From contig KZ537998.1 in NCBI GenBank assembly GCA_000934665.2, forward strand, positions 124,001 through 168,899: a DNA stretch of 44,899 nt. The letters run 5' to 3'. The notes under the pieces are model-generated. The model made no database searches. It saw only the letters and a program-made list of their open reading frames with translations, and was not told the origin of the DNA. The DNA comes from Catajapyx aquilonaris (lineage: Eukaryota). Of this stretch, positions 22,332 through 35,300 are shown piece by piece. The number at the start of each line of letters is the position of its first letter. Within the stretch, counting starts at the first letter, position 1. The translations under genes were made by a program, and so were the position numbers.

Positions 22332-23420
22332 ACGCAAGCCTACGAGCGCTACGAGGTGCTGGAAAACGTGGACCGAGCCGCCCGCCTAAGCTGGGTACCA
22401 TGGACCCGATACCAGCTGATCCCAGGAGGTGCCGTGGAGGCCGGTGGCAGCTACATCGCCCGCTACCGAGCCAGCGATGACTCCGTGTACCTGGGTCTGA
22501 TGGACCTGCGTGACGTGATGAGCCGAATACGTGTGTACACCGAGCACGGAATGCGAGAGTACGACAATGGTGAGATCCTGGTGGAGATCGAGCCAGTCCG
22601 CTACGAAATGAGCGGCATCAGGTTCAACAAGCACCGGGTCCACGTGACGGTCGAGCCGAAGGTGATGGATCAGGGGATACTGATGAACCGAGGGGACGAA
22701 GCCATGAAGACTGAGAGTGTACTGGCCTACGAAGGAGAGTACCGGCTGTACTGGGGCCAGGGGGTGGCCATCTTGAAAGGGATGCCCACCGTGATCCACT
22801 TGCCGAACGCCACCAGTTTGGACATCAAGTGGGGGATCGAAGACGTCAAGTCGGGCAAGATGACGGTCGAGGCCGCCGCATTCCTGGGGCCTCAAACGGC
22901 GGTCAACATCAGCCTGGTGTGCAACCATACGGAGACGGTGATGACGTACAAGGCGCGGTTGGCGGCCGAGTACGAAGACGGCGAGAGGCGAACAAGAGAG
23001 ATCAGCGGCAGCCGTCGAGAGGTGATGCTGAAGGACATCCAGGTGGCCTATGGACCTCCTTACTACATCACCAACGGAACACTTGTCCCCACCACCACCA
23101 CAACCACCACTACCACTACTACCAGCACTACCAGCACCACCTCCACCACCATGAGGTCCACCACCCCCGAGACCCTGAGACCACCAGTAATGCCCAAGTT
23201 CTACGACCCGGTGTCTGACGAGCCAGACGACGACAAGTGGCCGGATGTTCCCAGCCGTGGTAACGGGATGCAGTCGGATGAGGGCAGCAGTGGCGGTATC
23301 CAAGACGCGTCTAAATCCACCTACAGCGTGATGGAAGATAAGCCCAACTCGGGTGCCATCCACCGATGGTCCCTGCTGGTTCCCACCTTCCTAACCGTAC
23401 TCACAGCGATCCTGGTCTAA
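22332..23420 (+). CDS. uzip: unzipped (Uzip)-like protein, coding exon 2 (362 aa + stop; spliced total 454 aa)
   Basis: Acceptor atgcttttcAG at 22330-22331 in phase 0 gives ...AFASQ|TQAYERYEVLENV... Strong GC3 codon bias. Uzip-like motifs GEILVEIEPVRYE, LYWG, IKWG and NGTLVPTTTTTTTT. Terminal hydrophobic segment SLLVPTFLTVLTAILV then TAA. Confidence 0.93.
   Translation, partial: TQAYERYEVLENVDRAARLSWVPWTRYQLIPGGAVEAGGSYIARYRASDDSVYLGLMDLRDVMSRIRVYTEHGMREYDNGEILVEIEPVRYEMSGIRFNKHRVHVTVEPKVMDQGILMNRGDEAMKTESVLAYEGEYRLYWGQGVAILKGMPTVIHLPNATSLDIKWGIEDVKSGKMTVEAAAFLGPQTAVNISLVCNHTETVMTYKARLAAEYEDGERRTREISGSRREVMLKDIQVAYGPPYYITNGTLVPTTTTTTTTTTTSTTSTTSTTMRSTTPETLRPPVMPKFYDPVSDEPDDDKWPDVPSRGNGMQSDEGSSGGIQDASKSTYSVMEDKPNSGAIHRWSLLVPTFLTVLTAILV
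23091..23150 (+). repeat. Coding (ACC/ACT)n repeat encoding the Thr/Ser-rich stalk
   Basis: Encodes a Thr-dominated run with interspersed Ser immediately after NGTLVP, within uzip exon 2. Confidence 0.9.
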
Positions 23421-24670
23421 TCGTCATATCGGAAGCCCACCTCCCCTTCCCTCCTCCATTCAAAAAATTTCCCCCCTACGTCGCTCTAGAGGAATTATAT
23501 CATCCAAGATTGTAATTAATCATGGCTGTCTCAGATGTCTCCAGTAGGCCTGATCAATATCAACACGAATTCTCCCTCTCGTCCGCTGTTGTTCTACGCG
23601 AAAACGCCATAGTCAAATGACGTATAGGCCTGTGTTACCAGCTTTGATGTTCATTTCTCGAGTCTGCGGCGCCGATTCCTCGACTGTATGGTCAGTGTAC
23701 TGTACAACCAGAAAGAAAGCGACGGGTGGAAGGATAAACAAACAACACCACCAACAAGAACCAAAAACTTGTGTTAGTGAGCGGGCATCCCGTTGTATTG
23801 TAAATAAGCCTCCGAGTCAATCTTATGTGCGCCCTCGTCCATTATTCGGACCCCCCATTGGAACCTTCGTGTATAGTGTTCATCATCCATCCTAACCGTA
23901 AACGTGTAAACGAATCAAATATCTCCGTGTGCGTCATCTTGAATCGAGTGAAGAGGTCACGAGCAGCTTCATTTATTTTTGTCCAGCAAAACACCCACTT
24001 CGCACACTGTAATATTCCAACCTGCACCTGTTTCAGAGGCAAGTAATGCTCCTGACCTCATTCATTGTGTGGCAATATTGTCGAGTCTTTTGTCGTGTCG
24101 TTTCAAAACAAAATAATCATTATAATAATATTAATAAAATGCCTCTACATTACTGCTGATTACTGTACATTTGGCTGTCGCCTATAGGGCATGAGTATCT
24201 GCATCAGAATATAATAATTATTATGATCCTCAGGTTTTATGGTTCCTTTTGTCCGATCGCCTCCATACCTCAGAACCATACAACGCGGAGAGGTTTTCTG
24301 GCGGGAAACTGCGTATATTGTAAAATAAAGAAATCCCACGATAACTCCCGAGTCATATGTGTATGGTTCTCAGGTACGAGCGCCGTCGCGTGCCGGTACT
24401 GTAGAGGCCATCCAAAAACCATACATAATTCGAGAGGGCTACAAATTACATCATCCACGCTATTATTATACATATGCATGTCAAAACCAGCAGGTGAAAA
24501 AATTTACCGAATGTCACAATAAAAAGACCGTAACACACGAATGAATCCAAAATTTGAAATGACAATGTGTAACCTTTCCTGACTCTAAAAAAAATGGACT
24601 TTCTTCCTGAAAACTCATTTGTGTGCCCACTTTCATTTGCTTAAATAAACACATTTGTTGCATATTTAAA
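23421..24670 (+). other. Probable 3' UTR with candidate polyadenylation signals
   Basis: AATAAA at 24133, 24324, 24518 and 24644 downstream of the stop codon. Which one is used cannot be determined from sequence. Confidence 0.4.
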
Positions 24671-27600
24671 TTGGGTTCGGGGTACCATCTGAATCTAGCA
24701 TGTCCCGTTCAGTACAAACCTTTCTTTCAGGCCTGCTGAGTTTCGACAAGCTGCAATAGTTGTGAATGCAAGATGCAGTTTAGTAATTGACGTACCTGCT
24801 GGACAAAACATTCATTTAAATAACGTTAGCGGTCAAACAAGCATTTGGTATGTGGGCCAATATGGTAGGTCCAGAGACTGGAAGCTATTTTTAAAATCAT
24901 AATTAATTCTACCAAATATAGTTTTAAATTCTTTACCCTACACAAGTGGATGGATACAGAGGTCGACAACACTGCACAACTACTACTCAAGCATCAACAA
25001 AAAAAAAGGTAAGGCGTAGCGTCAGAAGTGAATGAATTCATTCCCCGTTAACATTACCAGGAATTGTGACATATGAGAAGGCGCGCAATGAGAAGAGGAA
25101 ATTAAATCCAGAGCTAAGAGCAGTCGCTAGTTCTTCTGCCTTTATGCTCCCATTAAGGCATAATTCCTAAAAACCAGGTCAGCCGGTCATTAGAACTAAT
25201 GAAGCAACCATTCTCGCCCAGGCGGGAGAGAGGGGGTTAAAAATTAATGAACGGCTGGAATAAACCGCGACCAAACCGGGCCAAAGTGACACCGGCTGTC
25301 AAAAGGGCCCAATAACGCAGTGCCAACCGTCAAAGGCTTTTCGATACGATGATTGCTAAAATAATCCCTGCTAATAATCCACGGCTTTGTGCAGTTTGAT
25401 TGCTTAAAGCGTCCAATGGCAGCGTCAGGTGCAATAATTGCAATTAGTGCTCGTGGTGGTAGTGATGATGATGATGATAATCAAGCAATAAGGTAAAAAT
25501 GCATCTTTTGCCCCCTTTGCATGCTGTGGATCAACCGCAGCTTCTGCCCACAATTAAATGAACTGTCGGTGCAATTTTGTCGCTTCAAATTGAGATAACA
25601 ACTCGGTGAGTAATTTCTCAATATTAATGTTCTCATTGTCGCGCGTTGATAATCCGCTGTAACAACGGGCCATGATTCACTCCATTACTGTACGTTACCC
25701 GAGATAATTATAGGGTCATCGATAATTTCATTTTAACAATTGTTCGGATAATCCGAAATGATCATGCTGGTTGGTGTTGGTGAGCATTAATTTTGCGCCT
25801 CTTGGACGCTGTAATTACACTGGGCAACAAATTTTGACAAAAGTCATATCTCTGAGATTAAAGTAGACATACTCTATATTAAAGATTTCAATGTGCTGAA
25901 TATGACTATGACAATGAAAACCCAAAATTGGCTACGATTCCTGAGAAATCCGCAATATCTTCTTACATAATAGTGAGTAATGCGTATACTGTACCATCAG
26001 GTGTAAAGATCGGGGTTACTTCCACCATAAGTGGTCCTTGATTCCCTACATTATGACACAGTATTTAATAATTGGCATTTACAAACCCAGACCATGCAAA
26101 AGTGTGGTTAATTGACGCGAATTTGATTCTCATCAATATTCATGTAATCATCAAATCAGTCCTTGCAAAAGTGATATGATGCACGCTAACTGGCGACTGA
26201 ATTACCGTTGTCAAAACAAATCTGACAACTCCCTGATAATTCTGCACTTCACCACCGAGTCTATAAGATTCAGGGATGTCCATTTACATCTTGAACCGTC
26301 TTGAACTCAGTCACCGTCAAGCTTTAACAAGAGCTTCCTTCAATCGCTCAAGGCATCAGTGAGCAGACTCAATTTTTGCATTCTTACAAAAACATCGCGT
26401 ACCGTATCTCAAATCTTAAGATCATTTTGCCAGCAGTTTATTATACTGCATATTTCGCACCACATGGTGCATAACGTCGGAAATGGCTCAATGAAAATAA
26501 TCGCTGAATGATATACTACATACTGTAAAAAGAAACAAGCCTTAAAAAATGTTGCTCGCCTAATCTGCACATTGCCCATGTGCGACTTCTGCATTATTAC
26601 CGACCTGTACACATTGCCAAACACTGAATATAACTACGTTCGTGATTTTATAATTAGTCCTCATGTGCAACGTATTAAACCCCACCTGCTCATGAACATG
26701 AAAAACTAAAAGCGTCCAATTTTACCTGGCCCGCACATTCGTAATCCAAGTGCTATGGCTACCTACAACGTTGTCATATCAGCTAAATTACATGCCCATC
26801 ATTTCGCAACGCAGCGCTTACTCTAGGCCTAATTATAACGGTCAGGAAATTGCGATTTTATGGTCCGTGTGGAGCTAGGTGATACCGGACACTCGTACTT
26901 CGGAAATGCGCAGAACAGCCAGGGCCCGCCACAAACCAAAAGTTCTACCCCCTGCGTTATAATCCCAGCACCTGGTGCTAATGACGATTTCCTTTCTTCA
27001 GAGAGAGGGGTAGAAAATTTTTGGCATCCGCAAATAACTGGCACTCCTGTGGTTTTTCCTTTGATATCGACGCAAGAGCATTTCGCCTACTGTAATCGGA
27101 CAATTTCCAAACCGCCAATCCGCAGACGCTCTGCAAATTCCTGCTCGTCAGTCGATTACCGCCATCCTGAGGTTTTAATTAACCGTGATTAAACTACACG
27201 CGGGGTCCTCTCTCCCCTCTAAAGGAACTGCACAAAAGAGCCGGATTCCTGATATGAAAGGAAATCGGTAATTAAGATTTTCTAAAGCGCACTATGCCAG
27301 GGAACATGGCGGTACGGAATTCAACCTTTTTTTTCATCCTCCCCTCGAAATTCGGGGGAAAAAAGGCATTTGGGCCTATTCAAATATCCTGGTGCTGCTA
27401 TAGCATTGTTACAGGAGAGTAGTCATAGAGCAGAGGTCTACATCCCTTGGATGATATCAAATCCGAATCCGTTTGACATATGAATGTACTCGGTATACCG
27501 TTCACGAAACTTACAAGTTCAAACTGTACGGCCTAAAAACATTCAAATGTAAATTACAACCCGTTTCAAAATGTGAAATCCACCGTATTTGCGTCCGTTT

Positions 27601-28904
27601 TGTTTAGTTACCGTCGCATGTGTTTATGCCTCGGTGCAGTGATTTGATTTTAAAATGAGCATTTATAGTCATCAATTAACAGTAATTAATTCAGCTTGCA
27701 TATCTTGCTGAAGCCGAACGCTGTTACAGCCTCACAAATCTCGAAAATCGTGTTACAAGGCCTCTTGCTGCTACATCCAGTTAATTCAATTCCCCGATCC
27801 TTAAAGAGACCACTTGCAACTAAATTAGACCACCTTGAAAAGTATTTGCCAGACTTTGGGAAAATGTATAGTACGAGGATATGACCAACTTTACTTTACC
27901 GACCTAATTACGCTACATAATCAGGATGCATCCATCGTTCCGTTACGCAACTGCAACTATTGCCTGTCACTGATCAAAACAAGCTTCATCAATGAAGATG
28001 ACAGCATTTGACTATCAGCAGACCCTTACAGCCCCCATGCCGTCAACATTTTACCCATGCCAGTCTCTTCTGCTTTTGTCCTGCTGTCAACACTGACTTG
28101 TTCCTTGGCTAACGTATGGTACGAGAGTGACTTGTGACATCCCTGACGCAGTGGGGTTGTCCAGGAGAGTTCAACAAAAAAATCCCCAGAATATCACCCC
28201 ACTTTTTATTACCTCTCTTTTTTTTAAATTGTTACACAAGAGTCCACCGACTACACTAGTGTAAGGCGAGATTTTCGGGAACCCGGGACCAACGGGTCAC
28301 GAGCGAGGTCAAGGAGAAAAAATTGAGGAGAGAAAAAAACGTTACTCTATTTCGCTTAATATCTCAGTAGCTGTTCTATCGCAATGGTTCATATGTCATT
28401 CGAACCTAAATGGTTCAGGGATTCATAAGACATGCAATAAAATATTCATTTGAAATAATTAGGCAAAATATTTCAGAGGTCATTTGCTTGACCTTTTTAC
28501 CTAGACAGTCTGACAGCATGTGCGAGTCTGATACTTAGTACAATATAACAGGGCACCATTACGGACATTTGCCTGAAAGATTTGGAATAGGACCAATTTT
28601 TGATTCCGAGAAAAAAATCTCGTGCAGAGTTTAAGACCATCTCTGGCTTCGTCTCGGGTGGTATTTCCAATAGACTAAACCACCCGGGGGAGCTCACAAA
28701 ATGACATCAGCAACTGTACTACATTGCACTTTGTGCATCCCCTCCTGTCACCCTCCCTTTCGCTCGCGGTACCCGGGCGCGTTTACGGCAAAAGGACCAA
28801 CATGTATAATACTAGCTTGTACTCAGTCCAGAAGCAAATAAAGGTACTGTGCTAGATGCCCAACGGGCGGTGCACTAAACTCAATATTATTCTTATAGGC
28901 CTAT

Positions 28905-29370
28905 ACCGAAGCAGATTGGTGGAGTGTATAAGGCGGACTTCTAATCGAGAGGTCCTGGGTTCGAGTCCCGGGGTCTGCGATCCTGACCGTGGTTTTCTGT
29001 GGTGTCCCACGGTCCTCCCAGGAAAATTCCGGGGTCGCTTCCGTAGACAATAGGCCACAGCCGCCCCATTCCTTTCCTATCCTTGACCCATCCATGGGGA
29101 GGTGCGGTGTCTGTGGGGAATTCTGACCCGCACCAAGGGATTGTCTTGCAACCTGACCCCCTGGGGGACTGCACGCGACCCGCAACATAAAGACAACGCA
29201 CTTGCACCAGTGTCCCCTCCTCACAAATCCCTATCCAGATCCATGCACAGGAGAGAAAAATGGGAAAGAAAATTCGTAGGAAAAAATGGTGGTATTCCAC
29301 CCCCTAAGGGACACAATGGCTCCAGCACGGGGTAGCAAATTTAAAAATCAAAAATCAAAAATCAAAAATA
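28905..29370 (+). mobile_element. tRNA-derived SINE, copy 2 (longer variant/subfamily)
   Basis: Same 5' start ACCGAAGCAG, B box GGTTCGAGTCC, same central block and similar 3' end (CCCCTAAG...AATGGCTC...CACGGGGTA). It has about 200 bp of different internal sequence and an (AAAATC)n tail. No exact TSD found, so the 3' boundary is approximate. Confidence 0.85.
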
Positions 29371-32300
29371 ACAATAATTATTATATTATTATTACTGTAC
29401 AGCCCGACTTATTCATGCAGCTCGAAATTGAAGTTCAAAAATTTTCCACAAACCAAATACTGTACAGTGTAACGGAAGGGGGAGAAATCCGTTACGGGTT
29501 AGAGGCAGTGCCATTATTCCAGGCCATAATCATACTAATATCGACAATGTTCGTATTTTTCTATTCGGCATATTATCTACTTGGCATGCATAAATCATAC
29601 AGCATATAACCTATATATGATGGACTGCACTTTACAATGTTATATGGCATGAAAAAAATGGGAGGTGCAGAGCGCTTTTCACACTTGATATTTGCATAAT
29701 CGCTCACAGCAGCATTTCCCAGCTGCCATTCAAGAAATTATCAAACTCAGGAGTATAATTATATCCTAGGCATTTCAGAATTAACCCTTCCATCTGTACA
29801 AAATCGACCTTGACTTGGCGGAAATTGTTCCAACATAAAATTCGCAAAGGGAAGATCTTTCATTTTTATTATATTGCACGCACATGCCATGTAAATTATA
29901 TGTAATTTAATTTCTCGAGACACCGCCTGACAATAAAACAATTTTTGTTAGCAAATTTTCATTTTCATACCCAATCAGCATAAAATTGTGGGATTATGCA
30001 CTCTATCGTCATAAGATATTATAATGTATAATGCATCGCATGTATTACGCCGCATATTAAGCCCTTCAGTCCCATGCAAATCCCGCAGCGAGTAGAACAT
30101 TGTTGAAAAACTCATCCATTAATTTATGAGACTTTTCACTTTGTTAAGCGAAATGACATACTGAATACACCCGTGACTCACATTTGCGGTCAAACCTAAC
30201 AGTAACTTTTCCTGGCCAGTTCCTATAGTTTGATAATTATGACGAGTTGGTGACATTACAAAACGTTTTGGAACAATCGCAGCATTATCTGGTTTTAACC
30301 CAGTTGTGGTGCCTCAATTTCTGGAAAGTCCCCAAGTATGAAAACAAGAAACTCCATGCCATCATAGACGGTATATAAACATAACCTGTATAAACAACAG
30401 TCCTACAGAGCTACTTAAGTGCGGCAGCCCAATATAAGACAGCTTACGTGTAGGACTGTCAACAGATCAAGCTGGAGGTCACTGTATACTAATTACCACC
30501 GTCGGCTCTTTTGCACTGATTGAAACAACCTTGTCAACAACCTTCGAAAAATATTCAGAACAAAAACCGGACCAATCAAAACATACTAATAGTTTTAAAT
30601 GGGTTATCGAAGTGTAAGCTTTTGACGTGTCCGGCATGTATCTCTTCTTGTATCACAAGTCAGCACAGAAAGCGACCACTTCCATGCACTCTCAAGGATG
30701 CGTCATAGGCAACCAAACCCTCAACCTTTGATATCAGACAATCACGTTGCTATTTTCAATTGCTTTTAAAATGGCATCATGTCGGGATTATCCAGCAGAA
30801 ACAATGTCACGCGGATATTTTCTGAGTAAGAGTTATTTTCTACTCATTATCTACAGTTTGTAGGGGGAGGGTAGATAGAGAGCAGTGGACTCAATATTGA
30901 CAGTTGCCTGCGCTTTGATGCCTAATGACCCTGTCGTACAAGTTACATTTTCTACTGAACTAATACTAGGGCATGTTTTTTTCCTGATTAGTACGTGTCA
31001 CTTTATCTGGACCTCTAGTTGTGTGACTAATAGGGCAAAAATAAGATCCCTTCATTTTTTTACAGTCACAAATTCCCACCAAACTGGGTTACATAAATGG
31101 AAGTCTTTACCATTTTCAACATAAATGGCTTCATTCATTGGCTCTTCCGATAAAAACCGTAGCTAAGATGTCTTCATTTCTTTTGGGGCTTGGCAGTAAC
31201 ATGGGCACTAGAGACTGGGACTTAATAGTGTGACATGTGTGTATTTAAGACCTCCAAATAGTGAAGAAATGGTTCTGTACATAAGAAACCTACTTCCGCG
31301 AGGGAAAGAACTGTAAAACTCGTCATACAAGCTTTTGGATGTTATGTTGAAAACTGGATTAAGATGTGTAGCCAGTTGGATAACTTTCAATGCAAAAAAG
31401 ACCCTCCTTCCTTACATTACTGATCGGACTAGCAATTAGTGTTCGGTTCAGAAATGTTTTCTTCGCAAAACCATGACTGTCACCTAAGTAGAAACTTCCA
31501 GTACTGTGCAGCTAGTTCCTTGATAACCAGACTCGAATTGCTCTATTTTCTGTCCTACCAACTGCTCCAAACTACCTTCCCAACTCCAGTAGTTAAGCCT
31601 AAGAAACTTCCCCACTAACAATGCTCGTAATTCTGCTGTGACCAGCACCCTGTCACGATTCTGGCGACACCCTATGTCCTTTACAACTGACCGGAAGTCC
31701 ATCAACCTCCACAAAAACTCCGCCTAAAGTCCACTGTACACCTCGCCAACCTGACAAGGGAAAATCTTCATTGCAATTAAGACAACGCGAATGCCATTTA
31801 GCCCTGTCCTTCCTCGCCTCAAGACACAGAGTCGAGTGGGTCGCTTGTAATTACAACCCCCAACTCCAAAGTGTTACGTGTACCCAAGCACTGTATAGTT
31901 ACACAGCACTGCGGCCGTACTGGGAGGGCCTTAACTACAAGGGAACTGTATACACACGGTGACTTGCTAAATCACTCCCAACGTTTATTGCTTATTTGGC
32001 TTGTAGATGTGAGCAGGCAAGTGAAGAATGCAGACGAATTTTAGCCAGTGATTAGCAATTGCTGGACTTCTCTATTTCGTCAGTTCAGTAATGTGCCGGC
32101 AGGTTTCGGTCCAAATGTGAGTGCCAAAATTGGATTGCTAGTTCGATTTGTGCGATATTCGTCTCTTGAGTGCTATTTTTCGTATTCAAATAGCATACGC
32201 GAGAGAACTGCCGGCCAAATTCCCCTCAAATGAGTACTCCTCTAAAGACTGGTTTTCAATAATACTGTTCAGAATGCACAGTCGCCTGCAAAAATTTTGG

Positions 32301-35300
32301 GAGTACTGCTTGTTATTGCCCGTGAGTGTGCAATCAAATGTATCATTGACGGACGATTTTGAAATTTCTTTTTAGATAGGTCTGCAAAAAATTTGACAAT
32401 ATACTTGAGCACTTCTAACATGTTAAACGGTAATACGTGTCGGCACTTGCATTTCTTTGAGAAAAGAGAAGCTTTCCGATCTCAACGGTGCTAACGTATT
32501 AACTCCGCTTGCAATTGGCTACTTTGTAGCCACAAACCAATCGTGAGCCGAGTCTATATGTTTACGTACTGTACTATATCGCTCAAAAAGATAGAGACGA
32601 TTGGCATTTGATTCAAGTGCAAGTTGCACTTGAGTCAAATGCAAAATCGTCTCTATCTTTTTGGGCGATATAATACCGTTGAGGGCATAACGTATAATGT
32701 CCGAATAATATTTGACTGATAATAGTCGCCACAAAAGCGTTTTTTTACTCTTCACAAACGCCATTAATCGTCACCATTTCACCATTTGACAACCCCAGCT
32801 CAACATCATTATTATCTATCAATTCAATGACAATTAGTCAACAATACTCCATCCGGATTCCCCGAATCACTTTGTAGGAGCCCATATTGCGACACTTCAT
32901 CCTCCACAAGATGGCCGCCACTTGGCAAGCTTCCAGGGGCATCATCAGGAACTGTGTTGAGGCATAACGCCTTTTACAACTCCCAGATAACACGTTTCGG
33001 ATACTCATAGCCCTCCCCCCAACCCCCCTTCTTCTTTTTTGGATGCCCCCCCTGCGGCGATGAGACTAATTGCAGAAAAGAGTCATTAGTGCTTCACTCA
33101 AGGGGGGCGCTGGCATCGTGTCGTCTCTCTGCCCACTTCCCATTGTTAGAAACAGAATAAAGGAGGTCCTGATCACAGGGGGGGTGGAGCCAGTTCTTGG
33201 CCCATCCACATGTTGATGAACCCTGCAATATCCCTCTTTAAAACGATGTAAACATCCTAACACTATTAATTTAGCCATCCGCGAGCAAATGGCGCCAATT
33301 TTGGAATTTTGTCGCGCAATTTCCATCATCAAACCCGCGCAGCACTTCCCTTATTAAGCCCACGCCCGTTTCTTTATTTCCGCATTTTAAGCTTCAATTG
33401 GTGGGCTGTTATTTGGCCCCAAATCGGCATTAATCATCTCTAATGCCGTAATGATAAATACCGGTTAAATTATCGGGAGAACTGCAGGTATATAGTTCTA
33501 GGTATTCGGCCGGATTTTCCAATTGTGTGCGGACTGAATGACTGCAAGCATGTACATGCATCAATGAATTCGAAACCAGTGTGCAAACGGATTACAGGAG
33601 ATTACCATGTGTAGTTACAAAGGATGAAACTTCATTATATTAACACGACCGGTTGTCCTCCTATATTATAGGGATTCGGAAATTAGGACTCGCAGCTGTA
33701 CAGGACCTGATTGTATACGCTATGGTGGTACTGGCGGTACGAGGAAACAATAATATTCAGTGAACATTGCCAATGCGGCATTGTTTAAACCTTCTGCTCA
33801 GTGTACGTTTCGATGGTTCCATGCACTGTAATTGAAAAAAAAATCACAGCCCGAAGCACCGTCACGAGCAAAAAGTGTAAGAGCACAGCAACAAAAAAGT
33901 ACCGGTATTACGAAAAATGTATTATAAACAAAACTAGAGTGGCGTGCACCTATTTTTTTCCATTGGCCTCAGGCTTTTCCATTCACTATTTCAATAGTTT
34001 TAATCACGCAGGTGGCCACAACTGCGGTGCAACGACCATAATCGGTGCAACCACCAGTCTACATTCCATCCTATCGCTGCCATTTTCCGACTGCTGTTGA
34101 AAATAAATTATATCAGTAAACTTCTATGAAAGACAGCCCTTACAACATAAAAATTTATCAGTGACATTAGTACGAGCCGAGAACCTATTACACCACACTT
34201 AAATGGTTACATAAATGCAACACTGCACTGTATAAAACCTATATCCTTAACAGGTAACAGGTGATGCTGCATTTTATGGCTCACCTTCAAACTTCGCTGT
34301 TTGACTATCAGTGTTGCGGACAAGCGTAATATGCCCTCAGGTGTCATGCTCTCCTCCCACTCTTTTTCACGCCACTATAAGGGCCAGCCGATAGTGTCAG
34401 TCCGTGTTATGCAAAAGCGTCACGTAATACGCGGTCTACCAGGACCATTAGCTTGACTCCCTCATGAAAGAAATGAAGTAACTGGTGCATAGGAGGCGGG
34501 GAAAACCACCCACTCCAAATTGGGAAGAACAAATCCCATCGTGTTACATTGACTCTTTACAGCGTGTGTACTGTATACGCCAAGCAGTATACTGACCAAT
34601 ACAAACTCACAGTATAATGATGTTTCATATAGTGTATATTCTCACTCTTGACGGTACTCTTCTATCAATTCACAGTAGACATAACATTTGACTAAATTAT
34701 ACGCCGCAATGAGGGTCAATTACTACCCAGGTGACCATGTCATAGCTGCTGCTAGAAGTTGATGCTATATTGAGAATTTTTTAAAAAATCTCCTTATTAG
34801 GGCTCTGTAGGTTATATTACGTGTACACTGTACACCAATTACTCGCGATCGAAGTTATGAGGTTACATTACATTAACTATTTCCATGCAGGAGGAGTGCA
34901 GGATATACAGTGAATATAGGGAACGCTTGGTTTTGGGGGTGGAGGGAGGAGGGTGCAGAAATGGTTTACCCACGTACAGTATATACCTTCTAAAGGATGT
35001 GTAGGTTCACCTACATAGCAACTCGCTAATTGCAGACCTGTTTACGCTCAGTGCAGTTTGTTGCTTAATGTTTCTACATGAAGAGCTACAAGACAGGTGG
35101 AATTTATTTTCATCGTTCAGTTGCAGTTTCCAGCCTCGTGGCTCTTCAGCAGCACATGTCTATACTGTAATTTAAGCAGGCAAATAAAAATGCATAAAGC
35201 CCACTAATACTTACATAGTCTAAATACGAGAATCACTTATTTTGAACTTCCTTTGTTTTCATAATACATGGTCACCCAAGCCGGAAAGGTCCTTGTGACT

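Noticed and set aside
22386..23363. 325-aa antisense ORF (and the 129-aa alternate-frame ORF at 22829-23218) overlapping uzip exon 2
   Set aside because: Expected shadow of GC3-rich codon usage; low-complexity product with no recognisable domain.
28911..28978. SINE heads as functional tRNA-Arg(TCT) or tRNA-Ser(GCT) genes
   Set aside because: D and anticodon arms are degenerate, GCT copies lack the long Ser variable arm, and all continue into a shared SINE body; two have TSDs.
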